A stretch of DNA of 64,000 bases, taken from positions 3,072,001 through 3,136,000 of the forward strand of contig OZ244999.1 of NCBI GenBank assembly GCA_965223265.1, read 5' to 3'. Positions 1 to 10,244 of the stretch are shown here, piece by piece. Source of the DNA: Planctomycetota bacterium. Lineage in GTDB: Bacteria > Planctomycetota > UBA8108 > SXIK01. Numbering within the stretch: position 1 is the stretch's first letter; each line of letters starts with the position of its first letter. The translations under genes were made by a program, and so were the position numbers. The notes below the pieces were generated by a model, which had not been told where the DNA came from, did no database searches, and saw only the letters and a program-made list of their open reading frames with translations.

Positions 1-1
1 C

Positions 2-712
2 GGCAAGGTGCGTGGTGTCCTGTGGTACCAAGGAGAGGCTGATGCGAATCGCGGCGAGGCCGACGGGTATTTCGAGCGACTTCGAGGCATCGTCGACGCC
101 GTTCGTTCCGATCTCGGTGACGCGCGGTTGTCGTTCTACTTGGTTCAGCTCGGTCGATTCCCTACTGATCGGGACGTCGCTGAAGGCTGGAACTCCGTCC
201 AGGAAGCGCAGCGTCGCATCGCGGACGAGTTATTGCGAACCGCGGTCGTTCCGGCCATCGATCTGCAGCTCGATGACCGCATCCACATCGGTACGGATGG
301 GCTGAAGCGTCTAGGGCATCGACTCGCTAAGGTGGCGCACTCCCAACTCTCGGGCGGGGCGAGCCTGAGCTCCGGACCGCGGCTGACGGGCATTCAAGTT
401 GAGGAGGGCGGCGACGCCATCCGCGTCTCCTACCGCCAAGTGAACGGACGACTCTTGCCAGAAGGTCACGTCGCGGGATTCAGCATCGCAGACGGCGACG
501 GCAACGATTTACCGATCATCTACCGGGCGCAGGTCGACCCTGAACAGCCGCACTCCGTCCTCATTCGACTTTCCCGGCCCATCGCCGTGAAAAACTCGCT
601 CAGCTACGGCAAAGGTCTCGACCCCGTTTGCAACTTGGTCGACACAGAAGACATGGCAGCTCCCGTTTTTGGGCCGCTCGAAATCCCATCTTCCCTCCCA
701 GCGAATCGTTGA
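2..712 (+). CDS. Sialate O-acetylesterase (SASA/SGNH family), 5'-truncated by window edge
   Basis: GVLWYQGEAD motif and DRIH (DxxH) catalytic motif; frame is open from the window start. Confidence 0.85.
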   Translation, partial: GKVRGVLWYQGEADANRGEADGYFERLRGIVDAVRSDLGDARLSFYLVQLGRFPTDRDVAEGWNSVQEAQRRIADELLRTAVVPAIDLQLDDRIHIGTDGLKRLGHRLAKVAHSQLSGGASLSSGPRLTGIQVEEGGDAIRVSYRQVNGRLLPEGHVAGFSIADGDGNDLPIIYRAQVDPEQPHSVLIRLSRPIAVKNSLSYGKGLDPVCNLVDTEDMAAPVFGPLEIPSSLPANR

Positions 713-720
713 GGACATGC

Positions 721-1632
721 ATGCCGACGAACGCTGATTCGACGCAAGTCATCATCACCGCCGTCGGACCGGATAACCGGCGGCTCGCCGACCCGATCAT
801 TCACTTCGTCAGTGGAGCGGGGGCGAACATCAGCGAGATTCAGATGTACGATCGCGACGCGCGGCACGTGTTCGCGATGCTCCTGCGTCTCAACTGGCCA
901 AGCGAGGCGGGAAGTCTCGAAGGGCTCGAGGAAGCGATGGGGCGCATCGGCAACGAGAAAGGGCTTTCGATTCGTACGTGGTGGAGGCCGACCAATCGAC
1001 GCCCGCGTCTCGCCGTTTGCACGACCCACCGCACGGAGCCAGCACTGGCAGTGCTGCGCGCCATGCGCGACGGTCAACTCGAGGCGGAGCCGGCGGTGAT
1101 GATTGGCAACCGGCCAACGTGTCGTTCTGTCGCAGAACAGTTCGACGTGGCGTGGCGTATGATCGGCGACGAACAGGGCGAGCCTGACAGTGATCGCATG
1201 GTCGACCTGTTCGACGAGTTCGGGGTCGATTACGTCGTCCTTGCGCGCTACATGCGCATTCTACCGGCATCGGTTGTTTGGAAGTTCGCCGGCGGGCGCA
1301 TCATCAATCTGCACCACGGGCTGCTGCCGGCGTTTCCGGGTCTGCGGCCGTATCACGACGCGTATGCTTGTCGCATGCTGACCTATGGAGCGACGATACA
1401 CTTTATCGTCCCAGAGCTCGATGCGGGCAACCAGATCATCCACCAATCGGCGTTTAGCGTGCCTCCCGGAACATCAATTGACGAGATTGTTCGTCGTGGA
1501 GTCACCGACCATGAGCCCCAGTGTCTTGTGGAGGGATTGCGACGTGTCGTCGACCACGAAGTAGAGCTCCACTTTCACCGCGTCGTCGGTACCGAGGGGC
1601 GCTCACCGTCGCGAAGAATGGGCTTGAAATAG
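721..1632 (+). CDS. purU: Formyltetrahydrofolate deformylase
   Basis: N-terminal ACT-like domain (ITAVGPD); VLARYMRIL, INLHHGLLPAFPG and GATIHF..ELDAG motifs; ATG 721 follows GAGGA. Confidence 0.9.
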   Translation: MPTNADSTQVIITAVGPDNRRLADPIIHFVSGAGANISEIQMYDRDARHVFAMLLRLNWPSEAGSLEGLEEAMGRIGNEKGLSIRTWWRPTNRRPRLAVCTTHRTEPALAVLRAMRDGQLEAEPAVMIGNRPTCRSVAEQFDVAWRMIGDEQGEPDSDRMVDLFDEFGVDYVVLARYMRILPASVVWKFAGGRIINLHHGLLPAFPGLRPYHDAYACRMLTYGATIHFIVPELDAGNQIIHQSAFSVPPGTSIDEIVRRGVTDHEPQCLVEGLRRVVDHEVELHFHRVVGTEGRSPSRRMGLK

Positions 1633-1892
1633 GTCTGGCGCTCGGCGACACTCCTGCATTCCCCGCCCGGGATCGTTGCGGCGGCTCGTCTGGCCAAAGC
1701 TCAACGGGAGTCTTGTGAGGCCCGTGCGAGTCCATCGAACCGACCACCCGAGTCGAGTTCCTCGCGCCGATTCCCCGAGGGGGCTCGCGGCGATTCCTTC
1801 GGAGTCGGTGGAACGATGCGGTCCGGGCTGGGCGTGATCACGCTCCGATTCGTGCTGCTCAAGTTCGAGAGTCAACAGGAGAAGTAGAGTCT

Positions 1893-2693
1893 ATGGCCAC
1901 CGCGCAGCGTACGGCCCTCAAGCGTGGCTTCGGGGCGACGTCTCGTCGTGACGCCTGGTGGAAGGCGCCCGTCCTGACGTTCCTGGGGCTGTCAGCGTTC
2001 ATCATCTATTCGACGTGGGCCGCTTTTCAGGCTGAGCACTTCGCATCAGGCCCTTACCTGTCGCCGTTCTACTCGCCGCTGATCTTCAGTCCCGACCCGG
2101 AGCACGTGCACCATAGCTGGTTCGGTGAAAACCCCAGCTGGTTCCCGTTTTCTCCGGCGTTCTTGATTTTGTGGGCACCGGCTGGATTTCGACTCACGTG
2201 TTACTACTATCGCGGTGCGTACTACAAGGCGTTTTGGGCTGACCCGCCGGCTTGCGCCGTCGGCGAACCTCGTGCCAAATACCTTGGCGAAAACTCTTTG
2301 CCGCTCGTGTTGCAAAATCTCCATCGCTACTTTCTTTACGTTGCGATTTGCTTTCTGTTTCTCCTGGCGTACGACGCGTGGAAGGCGATGTGGTTTCAGA
2401 CTGCGGGCGGTGAGCACGAGTTCGGGATCGGCATTGGAACGATCGTGTTAACGATCAACGTGGTGTTGTTGAGTGGATATACGCTCGGGTGCCACTCGCT
2501 ACGCCATCTGATCGGTGGCTTCATGAACCATCTGTCGCGTTCGCCGGCGCGGCAGCAGGCTTACCGGTGCGTCAGTTGTCTCAACCGCGGCCACATGCGT
2601 TGGGCGTGGTGCAGCCTCTTTTGGGTCGGGTTTTCCGACGTCTATGTTCGCCTTTGTTCTATGGGGATTTGGACCGACTGGAGGCTGATCTGA
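1893..2693 (+). CDS. Succinate dehydrogenase membrane anchor, Sdh1/SdhF (Rv0249c-like) type
   Basis: Multi-TM protein with YLSPFYSP, FRLTCYYYRGAYY, LHRYF, GCHSLRH and HMRWAW motifs; AGGAG RBS; TGATG overlap with sdhA. Confidence 0.85.
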   Translation: MATAQRTALKRGFGATSRRDAWWKAPVLTFLGLSAFIIYSTWAAFQAEHFASGPYLSPFYSPLIFSPDPEHVHHSWFGENPSWFPFSPAFLILWAPAGFRLTCYYYRGAYYKAFWADPPACAVGEPRAKYLGENSLPLVLQNLHRYFLYVAICFLFLLAYDAWKAMWFQTAGGEHEFGIGIGTIVLTINVVLLSGYTLGCHSLRHLIGGFMNHLSRSPARQQAYRCVSCLNRGHMRWAWCSLFWVGFSDVYVRLCSMGIWTDWRLI

Positions 2694-4516
2694 TGGCGGA
2701 GTACAGCACTCACCAACACGACGTGCTCGTCGTCGGTGCGGGCGGCGCCGGCCTTCGTGCCGCCATCGAGGCCTCGGCTGCCGGAGTCTCGGTGGGACTT
2801 GTCTGCAAGTCGCTCCTCGGCAAGGCGCACACGGTCATGGCAGAAGGTGGCGTCGCCGCAGCGCTGGCGAACGTCGACGATCGTGACGATTGGAAGACTC
2901 ATTTTGCAGACACGATGCGAGGTGGTCAGTACGTCAACAACTACCGTATGGCTGAGCTGCACGCGAAGGAGGCTCCTGATCGGGTGCGAGAGCTCGAGGC
3001 GTGGGGGGCGGTCTTTGATCGCACGAAAGACCAGCGTATTCTGCAGCGCAACTTCGGTGGCCACAAGTACCCGCGTCTTGCGCATGTTGGCGATCGCACC
3101 GGGCTCGAGATGATCCGCACGCTTCAGGATCACGGGATCCACCAAGGGATCGACGTCCACATGGAGTGTACGGTTGTGCAGCTTTTGAAAGACGGCGACC
3201 GAGTCTGTGGGGCGCTCGCCTACGACCGCGAGCGCGGCAAATTTCGCCTCTTTCACGCCGCTGCGATCGTTCTCGCGACAGGCGGCTTCGGTCGGGCCTT
3301 CAAAATCACAAGCAACAGTTGGGAGTACACGGGCGACGGTCACGCGCTCGCGTACGACGCAGGCGCCGAGCTGCGCGACATCGAGTATGTTCAGTTTCAT
3401 CCGACGGGCATGGTGTGGCCGCCGAGTGTACGAGGAATTCTCGTCACTGAAGGTGTCCGCGGCGAAGGGGGCATCTTGCGCAATGGTGACGGCAAACGTT
3501 TCATGTTCGAGGATATCCCGGAGCTCTACAAGAGCTCGACGGCCGACAACGAAGAGGAGGGGTGGAGATACACCCAGGGTGACAAGGACGCGCGACGACC
3601 GCCGGAGCTCCTGACGCGCGATCATGTCGCGCGCTGTATTGTTCATGAAATCAAAGAAGGGCGTGGCAGTCCGCACGGCGGTGTTTTTCTCGACATCGCG
3701 TGGATCAAAGAGAAGATTGGCGACTCGGAAGCTCACATTCGGCGCAAGCTTCCAAGCATGTATCACCAGTTTAAGGAGCTGGCGAACATCGATATCACCA
3801 AGGAGCCGATGGAGGTAGGGCCGACCACTCACTACGCCATGGGCGGGATCAGCGTCGATGGCGACTCACAGATGTCGACAGTGCCGGGTCTGTTCGCAGC
3901 CGGTGAGTGCGCCGGGGGCATGCACGGAGCCAATCGCCTGGGCGGCAACTCGCTCTCCGATTTGCTCGTCTTCGGTAAGCGGGCTGGCCAATACGCTGCT
4001 TCGTTTGCGAAAGAGAAAGGCTTTGCAGCGATCAACGAGGCGGACGCCACGGCTGCCGTGAAGAAAGCTCTGGAGCCGCTTGAGCGACAAGATTCTGGTG
4101 GTGGCGGTGAAGCCGCGTATGCGATTCAGTACGAGCTTCAAGAGGCCATGCAGGATCTTGTCGGCATTGTTCGCACAGAATCAGACCTACAAAAGGCGCT
4201 CGAGACGATCCGGTCGTTGGCTGAGCGGTCACAAAACGTCAGTGTGCCAGGCAACCGCGAATACAATCCCGGTTGGCACACTGCACTGGATTTGCACAAC
4301 CTCCTAACGGTCTCTGAGGCCGTGGCAGCGGCGGCGCTGGAGCGCAAGGAAAGTCGGGGAGCACACTTCCGGGAAGATTATCCCGAGAAGAATGCGGAGT
4401 GGGGGCAGACGACGCTCGTCATCTACAAGGGAAATGATGGTTCGATGCAAGTCCGCCGCGATTCGGTACCGCCATTGCCTGACGAACTGACGCAGATCAT
4501 CGAGGACAATAAGTGA
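2693..4516 (+). CDS. sdhA: Succinate dehydrogenase/fumarate reductase flavoprotein subunit
   Basis: GAGGAG FAD motif, HTVMAEGG (covalent FAD His), QFHPTG, HYAMGG, HGANRLGGNSL, ESRGAH. Confidence 0.95.
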   Translation: MAEYSTHQHDVLVVGAGGAGLRAAIEASAAGVSVGLVCKSLLGKAHTVMAEGGVAAALANVDDRDDWKTHFADTMRGGQYVNNYRMAELHAKEAPDRVRELEAWGAVFDRTKDQRILQRNFGGHKYPRLAHVGDRTGLEMIRTLQDHGIHQGIDVHMECTVVQLLKDGDRVCGALAYDRERGKFRLFHAAAIVLATGGFGRAFKITSNSWEYTGDGHALAYDAGAELRDIEYVQFHPTGMVWPPSVRGILVTEGVRGEGGILRNGDGKRFMFEDIPELYKSSTADNEEEGWRYTQGDKDARRPPELLTRDHVARCIVHEIKEGRGSPHGGVFLDIAWIKEKIGDSEAHIRRKLPSMYHQFKELANIDITKEPMEVGPTTHYAMGGISVDGDSQMSTVPGLFAAGECAGGMHGANRLGGNSLSDLLVFGKRAGQYAASFAKEKGFAAINEADATAAVKKALEPLERQDSGGGGEAAYAIQYELQEAMQDLVGIVRTESDLQKALETIRSLAERSQNVSVPGNREYNPGWHTALDLHNLLTVSEAVAAAALERKESRGAHFREDYPEKNAEWGQTTLVIYKGNDGSMQVRRDSVPPLPDELTQIIEDNK

Positions 4517-5280
4517 TGGCCACAGCCACTTTCAGGATTTGGCGCGGCGACAAGGACGGCGGAACGTTCGAAGACTATAGCACTGAAGTGACCGACGGCA
4601 TGGTCGTTCTCGATGCGGTGCATCAGATCCAAGCCGAATCGGCGAATGATCTTGCCGTGCGTTGGAACTGCAAGGCCGGGAAGTGCGGTTCGTGCTCTGC
4701 CGAGGTGAACGGCGTTCCGAAGCTCATGTGCATGACGCGTTTGGACGATGTGCCGCTTGACGAGCCCGTCAAGATTGAGCCGATCAAGGCGTTCCCGCAG
4801 ATTAAAGACTTGGTCACGGACGTCAGCTGGAACTTTGAGGTGAAGAAGAAGATCAAGAAGTTCACGCCTCGCCCTCCGGACGCTCCCGATGGAACGTGGC
4901 GAATGGCTCAGGAAGACATCGATCGCGTGCAAGAATTTCGCAAGTGCATCGAGTGTTACCTGTGTCAAGACGTTTGCCACGTGCTGCGGGAACACGCGAA
5001 GCACGAGGAGTTCATCGGGCCGCGCTTTTTCGTCCACGTCGCCGGCTTGGAGATGCACCCGCTCGACACGGAGGATCGCCTTGAGGAACTCAAGAGTGCC
5101 TACTCCATTGGCTACTGCAACATCACGAAGTGCTGCACTCACGTCTGCCCTGAGCACATCACGATCACCGACAACGCGATCATTCCGCTGAAGGAGCGCG
5201 TCGTTGATCGTTTTTATGATCCGCTGAAGAAGTTGTTCCGAGTTTTTACTGGGAAGGCCGGAGGCGCGAGCAGCAAGTAG
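4516..5280 (+). CDS. sdhB: Succinate dehydrogenase/fumarate reductase iron-sulfur subunit
   Basis: CKAGKCGSC..C [2Fe-2S] motif plus CIECYLCQDVC and CNITKCCTHVCP; overlaps the sdhA stop. Confidence 0.95.
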   Translation: MATATFRIWRGDKDGGTFEDYSTEVTDGMVVLDAVHQIQAESANDLAVRWNCKAGKCGSCSAEVNGVPKLMCMTRLDDVPLDEPVKIEPIKAFPQIKDLVTDVSWNFEVKKKIKKFTPRPPDAPDGTWRMAQEDIDRVQEFRKCIECYLCQDVCHVLREHAKHEEFIGPRFFVHVAGLEMHPLDTEDRLEELKSAYSIGYCNITKCCTHVCPEHITITDNAIIPLKERVVDRFYDPLKKLFRVFTGKAGGASSK

Positions 5281-5347
5281 GTGTCGTTCGAGGTTGGCGG
5301 CGCAGCGCTTGACTCGAGGACGGGCCGCACCAGCTCTCCCTGGCGAC

Positions 5348-7267
5348 TCAGTTCTCGCCTTGCTTGAGCGCTGCCGCTTCACTGAGGATCGCATGCATGC
5401 GTTCGACCAGCTCATGCGGGTCGCTCAGGTATCCATCCATGAGCATGGCTCCTTCGAAGAGCTGCTCGCAGGCCTGCGTTACGAAGGGATCTTCGGCGTC
5501 TCGGCTCACAAGTGTTTGAAGGTGAGCGATCAGAGGATGACGGGCGTTGATCTCCAGCGTGCGGACGGGGAGACTTTCATCCTTGTTGATCAGGCGAAAG
5601 ACTTTCTCCATGTGGCCGGAGACGTCATCGCTCACCAGGCATGCTGGCGAGTCAACGAGTCGGTCACTCTTTCGCACTTCTTTCACCTTCTCACCCAAGA
5701 TTTCCTTGAACCGAGCGATGAGTTTTGACGTGTCAGCCTCGGGGGCTGGCTCCGGTGCGTCTTCGCTCTTTTGACCATCCGCTGCTGCCTGAACCTCACG
5801 TAGCTCTTCGGGCGAGACGTGCTCGGCAGACTTCAGCTCCTTTTCTTCGTAACGGCCGACCGACCCGAGGACGAACTCGTCGGCAACGTCGTACAAGTAG
5901 AGCACCTCGATGCCTTTGGAGCGAAAGAGCTCGAGGCGCGGATCGCGCTCAAGCGCAGCACGAGAGTTGCCCGTGAGGTAGTAGATGGCGTCTTGCTTCT
6001 CCGGCATGCGTTCGACGTAGTCGGCGAGACTGCAAAGGCTCTTGTCATCGTCGCCGTGCGACGAGTTGAATCGCCACAGTTCATGCAGCGCTTCGCGGTG
6101 TGCGAAATCGGAATAGCCTTCTTTGAGGATTCTGCCGAAGGCATGCCAGAACTCTGCATACTTCTCGTCGTCTTCCTTGGCAAGATCGCTGAGTTGACTG
6201 AGAAGTTTCTTTGTCAGGGTGTCGCGGATCTTGGCGACGAGTGGATTTTCTTGGAGTGTCTCGCGCGAGACATTGAGCGGGAGATCTTCCGATTCTACGA
6301 CTCCTCTGACAAAGCGTAGGTACTTAGGCAGCAGCTCTTTGTTCTCTCCATCGATGAGAATTCGTTTTACGTAGAGCTGCAGGCTGACCTCGCCTTGGCC
6401 GAAGCCGATCATCTCGCTACTAGTCTTTGGCACGAAGAGGAGCGCCGAGAACTGTAGCGGGACGTCGACCGACAGGTGCTGGCGTAGGAGCGGTGCTTCT
6501 GTGTCGTAGCTCAAGAACTTGTAGAATTCGTCGTACTGTTCTGCTTTGACTTGATGTGGCTGCTCACGCCAGACCGCGGTCGTTTGATTGACTTGCTTCT
6601 CCCCGACATATACGGGGAAGGCGACGAAATTGGAGTACTTGCGAATGGCTTCTTCGATGGACTCAGCGACCGCGAAGCGTCCTTCGTCCTTCTTTAGTTC
6701 GATCTCGATGCTCGTCCCGCGCGGCAGTGATTCGTCGGTGGAGCGAACGCTAAAGCTGCCGTGACCGTCACTCTCCCAAATGATCGGAGTGGCATCTGGT
6801 TCAACGGAGCGGCTTTTGACCACTACGCGATCGGCGACCATGAAGACGGAGTAGAATCCGACGCCGAAACGCCCGATGAGACTCAGGTCGTCGGCTCCTT
6901 GAAGCGACTTGAGTTGTTCAAGAAAAGCTGTCGCTCCGCTGTGGGCGATGGTGCCGAGGTTCGTTTTCGCTTCGTCGGCAGTGAGGCCAATCCCCGTGTC
7001 TGTGATGACGAGTTTTTTAGGTGCCTCTTCTGAATCGCCGGGTTTGCACTCGATGCGGATTTCAAGGGCCGCATCCACATCTGCGATGCTGTTTCCCTGC
7101 ACCTTGAGAAAACGCACTTTCTCAAGAGCGTCGGCGGCATTGGAGACGAGCTCACGTATGAAGATGTCTTTTGCGGTGTAGACCGAATGAATGAGAATGT
7201 CTAGAAGTTGCCGAACTTCCGCTTGAAACTCGAACGACTCGGTCGTTTGCTCTGACGTCTTGGACAT
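5348..7267 (-). CDS. htpG: Molecular chaperone HtpG (Hsp90)
   Basis: FQAEV, RELVSNAADA, DTGIG, IGRFGVGFYS and DLPLNVSRE motifs. Confidence 0.97.
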   Translation of the reverse strand: MSKTSEQTTESFEFQAEVRQLLDILIHSVYTAKDIFIRELVSNAADALEKVRFLKVQGNSIADVDAALEIRIECKPGDSEEAPKKLVITDTGIGLTADEAKTNLGTIAHSGATAFLEQLKSLQGADDLSLIGRFGVGFYSVFMVADRVVVKSRSVEPDATPIIWESDGHGSFSVRSTDESLPRGTSIEIELKKDEGRFAVAESIEEAIRKYSNFVAFPVYVGEKQVNQTTAVWREQPHQVKAEQYDEFYKFLSYDTEAPLLRQHLSVDVPLQFSALLFVPKTSSEMIGFGQGEVSLQLYVKRILIDGENKELLPKYLRFVRGVVESEDLPLNVSRETLQENPLVAKIRDTLTKKLLSQLSDLAKEDDEKYAEFWHAFGRILKEGYSDFAHREALHELWRFNSSHGDDDKSLCSLADYVERMPEKQDAIYYLTGNSRAALERDPRLELFRSKGIEVLYLYDVADEFVLGSVGRYEEKELKSAEHVSPEELREVQAAADGQKSEDAPEPAPEADTSKLIARFKEILGEKVKEVRKSDRLVDSPACLVSDDVSGHMEKVFRLINKDESLPVRTLEINARHPLIAHLQTLVSRDAEDPFVTQACEQLFEGAMLMDGYLSDPHELVERMHAILSEAAALKQGEN

Positions 7268-7325
7268 CGGTGTGTTCGCTCCCGGTATTCATGCGCGATC
7301 ATAGGTTGAGCGAGCGAAAGCCGCC

Positions 7326-7353
7326 GCGAGTAACGACACGTGTTGCTACTCGC
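7326..7353. promoter_or_regulatory. 28-bp near-perfect palindrome upstream of htpG (candidate operator or RNA hairpin)
   Basis: GCGAGTAACGACAC|GTGTTGCTACTCGC, 12 of 14 pairs complementary, about 60 bp upstream of the htpG start. Confidence 0.45.
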
Positions 7354-7454
7354 AGGACCGCTTTGCTGTCACGTGCGCGATGACGTCTATTTTTAACGAG
7401 GCGCGTCTCCTAGTGCAACCGGTGCACGCAGCTGTAGCCTTCGAGGCGGAGACA

Positions 7455-9290
7455 TCAGAGCCAACCGTGAAGCGGGCCACCGGTCGCTCCCAGACGCTCG
7501 ATCCGCTTGGCGACGGCGGTGTCCGGGATCAGTGGCGGTGCGTGGTGTGGCTTGATTCTGGCGTCGATGAGCAGAGGCCCGCGACATCCCCAGTGCTTAT
7601 TGTCCACGAATGAGTCGACTCCATGCACGTCATGTGATGGATTGGATCGCGTGAAGGTCACCCAGAGAAAGTTCCGCAGCGTCTCGGCGCAGAATCGAGC
7701 ATCGTCTACCACGACTACCCACGCGACCTTGCTTAGAGACGATGAGATCGCATGGAGGGTCGTTGACAATCGTTCGATGTCCTGCAGCGCAGTCGGACGC
7801 TGCGAGTAGCGAGGGCCTTCGACGACGAGGGCTCCAGGAAACACCAGTTCCGCCCCGTCGAATCCAGGTGGTAGGTGGAGCTCAGCTGGCAGGGTCGTTA
7901 CGAGCTCGCGGCATGGTTTCCCGGCGGCGGCAATGACGAGCTTCGACCCTTCGTTCAGCCCCGTGCCGGAGTAGTCGAGCGTATCGATCGTCGTCGAGGT
8001 CTGAAAATGGAGGTCACGACTCCAATCGGCGCGTTCGAGGACGTGCCGCAAGAAAGCCTCGATGTCGTCGATGTCGAGGCCGGGGGCGTCCTCCCGCGCC
8101 GCGACCAGAAGGTATTTGGCGAGCGAGCACTGGTTGAAGCCGAGGATAGCATTGGCGATCGTCAAAAGCTCCTGCGGCCGCCGTTCAGCGTACGGCACAT
8201 AGCGCTCACTTGCGAGCGCAAGAAGAAGAGGGTGAACGCCCGCCGCGTCGACGGCGTGAAGTGCGTGCAGGCCGGGAATCTGCTTCGGTACCATGGGACC
8301 GGTGATCTCATGGATCAGCTTGCCGAACGTTGTGTCTTCTTGGGGTGGGCGACCAACGACCGTGAATGGCCAAATAGCGTCAGGGCGATGGTAGACCGCT
8401 TCAACCTCGAGAACCGGAAAGTCGTGGACCAAGCTGTAGTACCCGAGGTGATCGCCGAAGGGGCCTTCGGGGAGCGTGCGACCGGAGGCGACGGTGCCAA
8501 CGATGCAGAAATCAGCATCAGCGGCGACCTTGAACCCGTTGCGTGAAACGTACCGGAAGCGGCGGCCGGCGAGCATCCCTGCGAACAACAATTCTGAGAG
8601 CCCTTCCGGAAGCGGCATGACAGCGGCGAAAGTATGTGCTGGCGGCCCACCGACGAAAATGCTGACCCTCAGACGCTCGCCGCGCTCGAGCGCCTGGGCG
8701 TGGTGAACTCCAATGCCGCGGTGGATCTGGTAGTGTAGCCCCACTTCCCGATCGACGGCGTAGCGGTTGCCCGCCAGTTGGATGCGATACATCCCCACGT
8801 TAGAGTGTCTCGCGCCTGGGCGCGAGGCGTCTTCCGTGTAGACCTGCGGTAAGGTGATGAACGGCCCGCCATCGTCAGGCCAGCTGCGTATCTGTGGCAA
8901 CTCCGAGACCCGTGTCGTCGATTCCAGCACCGGTCCGGTGGCGACGCGGCGCGGAAGTGACGTCAGCGCTGTCCAAGGGAGACGCCACTGAGCGAGAGGC
9001 TGGCGGAGCGCCTGGGTGGGGTCGGCCTTCAGCTGCACCGCTCGACGGACGAGATCGAGCGTGTCACGAAAAATGAACCGTGCGCGCTCGATCGTTCCGA
9101 AGAGATTACAAACAGCAGGAAAACGGCAGCCTTTGAGGTTCTCGAAGAGAACCGCCGGCCCCTGGGTTGCATAAACTCGCCGTTGAATTTCCGCAACCTC
9201 AAGGTCAGGATCAACTTCGTCCCGAATGCGCACGAGTTGTCCATTGCGTTCAAGGTCGAGGACGCACTCTTGCAGGCTAGGATACCCCAT
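7455..9290 (-). CDS. UbiD-family (prFMN-dependent) decarboxylase, long form
   Basis: DGGPFITLP, NVGMYRIQ, EGPFGDHLGYYS and GRPPQED motifs. Confidence 0.9.
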   Translation of the reverse strand: MGYPSLQECVLDLERNGQLVRIRDEVDPDLEVAEIQRRVYATQGPAVLFENLKGCRFPAVCNLFGTIERARFIFRDTLDLVRRAVQLKADPTQALRQPLAQWRLPWTALTSLPRRVATGPVLESTTRVSELPQIRSWPDDGGPFITLPQVYTEDASRPGARHSNVGMYRIQLAGNRYAVDREVGLHYQIHRGIGVHHAQALERGERLRVSIFVGGPPAHTFAAVMPLPEGLSELLFAGMLAGRRFRYVSRNGFKVAADADFCIVGTVASGRTLPEGPFGDHLGYYSLVHDFPVLEVEAVYHRPDAIWPFTVVGRPPQEDTTFGKLIHEITGPMVPKQIPGLHALHAVDAAGVHPLLLALASERYVPYAERRPQELLTIANAILGFNQCSLAKYLLVAAREDAPGLDIDDIEAFLRHVLERADWSRDLHFQTSTTIDTLDYSGTGLNEGSKLVIAAAGKPCRELVTTLPAELHLPPGFDGAELVFPGALVVEGPRYSQRPTALQDIERLSTTLHAISSSLSKVAWVVVVDDARFCAETLRNFLWVTFTRSNPSHDVHGVDSFVDNKHWGCRGPLLIDARIKPHHAPPLIPDTAVAKRIERLGATGGPLHGWL

Positions 9291-9439
9291 CGCTCGCAGT
9301 CCTATCGGTCGTTTCGTCTCGGTTGGTCGTATCGAATCGACGCGAAGTATACTCGTACTTTGAGTGGCAAGAAAAGGTCACTCGTGCGGCACATGATCTC
9401 GTTGGGGGCCGCGGAACCACTAGGGGGATGTGAACGTCG

Positions 9440-10096
9440 ATGCTGCGCTACTTCATCCGGCGACGCACCATTTGGTGTCCGACTCTACTCGGCGGTTTGA
9501 CTCTTCTCGCTCTGGTTGGGGGTGCTGTGGTACTAACGATCTCGTATGCACACGGTTTTTTAGCGGTTTCGGAGCGCGAGGCGTCGGCTGAAGTGCTCGT
9601 GATCGAGGGGTGGCTTCCCGACTACGCACTCGCTGTCGCCGTGAAGGAGCTCGAGACCGGCGAGTACTCGCACGTTTGCGTCGGCGGCGGCCCACTGGAT
9701 CACGGGAATTATCTCAGCTCCTACCGCAGCTATGCGGAACTGAGTGCGGCCAGTCTCAAAGCCTTGGGGGTCGCCGCAGATCGCGTCATCGTCGCGCCAG
9801 CAGCGAACACTAGGCTCCACCGAACGTATGAGTCGGCACGCGCAGTGCGTCGCGCACTTGAGGATTCTCGGGCGAATGTCGCCGCAGTCAATGTTTTGAC
9901 GCTTGGCGTTCATGCTCGGCGTTCTCGACTCGTCTTCAAGAAGGAGTTCGGTGACATAGCGGTGGGAGTCATCTCGGTGCCGAGAGAGGACTACGATCCG
10001 GCGCGCTGGTGGGCGTCGAGTGCTGGAGCCAGAGTCTTGCTCGTCGAAGGCGTCGCATGGATGCACGAATGGCTCTTTGACTCGGGCCGTGAGTGA
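9440..10096 (+). CDS. YdcF/DUF218 (ElyC/SanA-like) membrane-anchored protein
   Basis: N-terminal TM helix; VIEGW, RTYESA and TLGVHARRS motifs. Confidence 0.75.
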   Translation: MLRYFIRRRTIWCPTLLGGLTLLALVGGAVVLTISYAHGFLAVSEREASAEVLVIEGWLPDYALAVAVKELETGEYSHVCVGGGPLDHGNYLSSYRSYAELSAASLKALGVAADRVIVAPAANTRLHRTYESARAVRRALEDSRANVAAVNVLTLGVHARRSRLVFKKEFGDIAVGVISVPREDYDPARWWASSAGARVLLVEGVAWMHEWLFDSGRE

Positions 10097-10244
10097 AACG
10101 GCTAGGATCTGCTTCGCTCTCGGTGGTGGGACGACGGTCCGGTAACGGACGGCGTTGGTCAGAGATTGATGATATGTTAGGGAGGGTGGAGTAGCGTGAG
10201 CGGCACCCGTTCGCGGTCAAAACAAGCGACAGGCTTTGAGCGCC

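Noticed and set aside
2642-5728. Long ORFs antisense to sdhA, sdhB and the htpG 3' end
   Set aside because: Shadow frames of highly conserved genes
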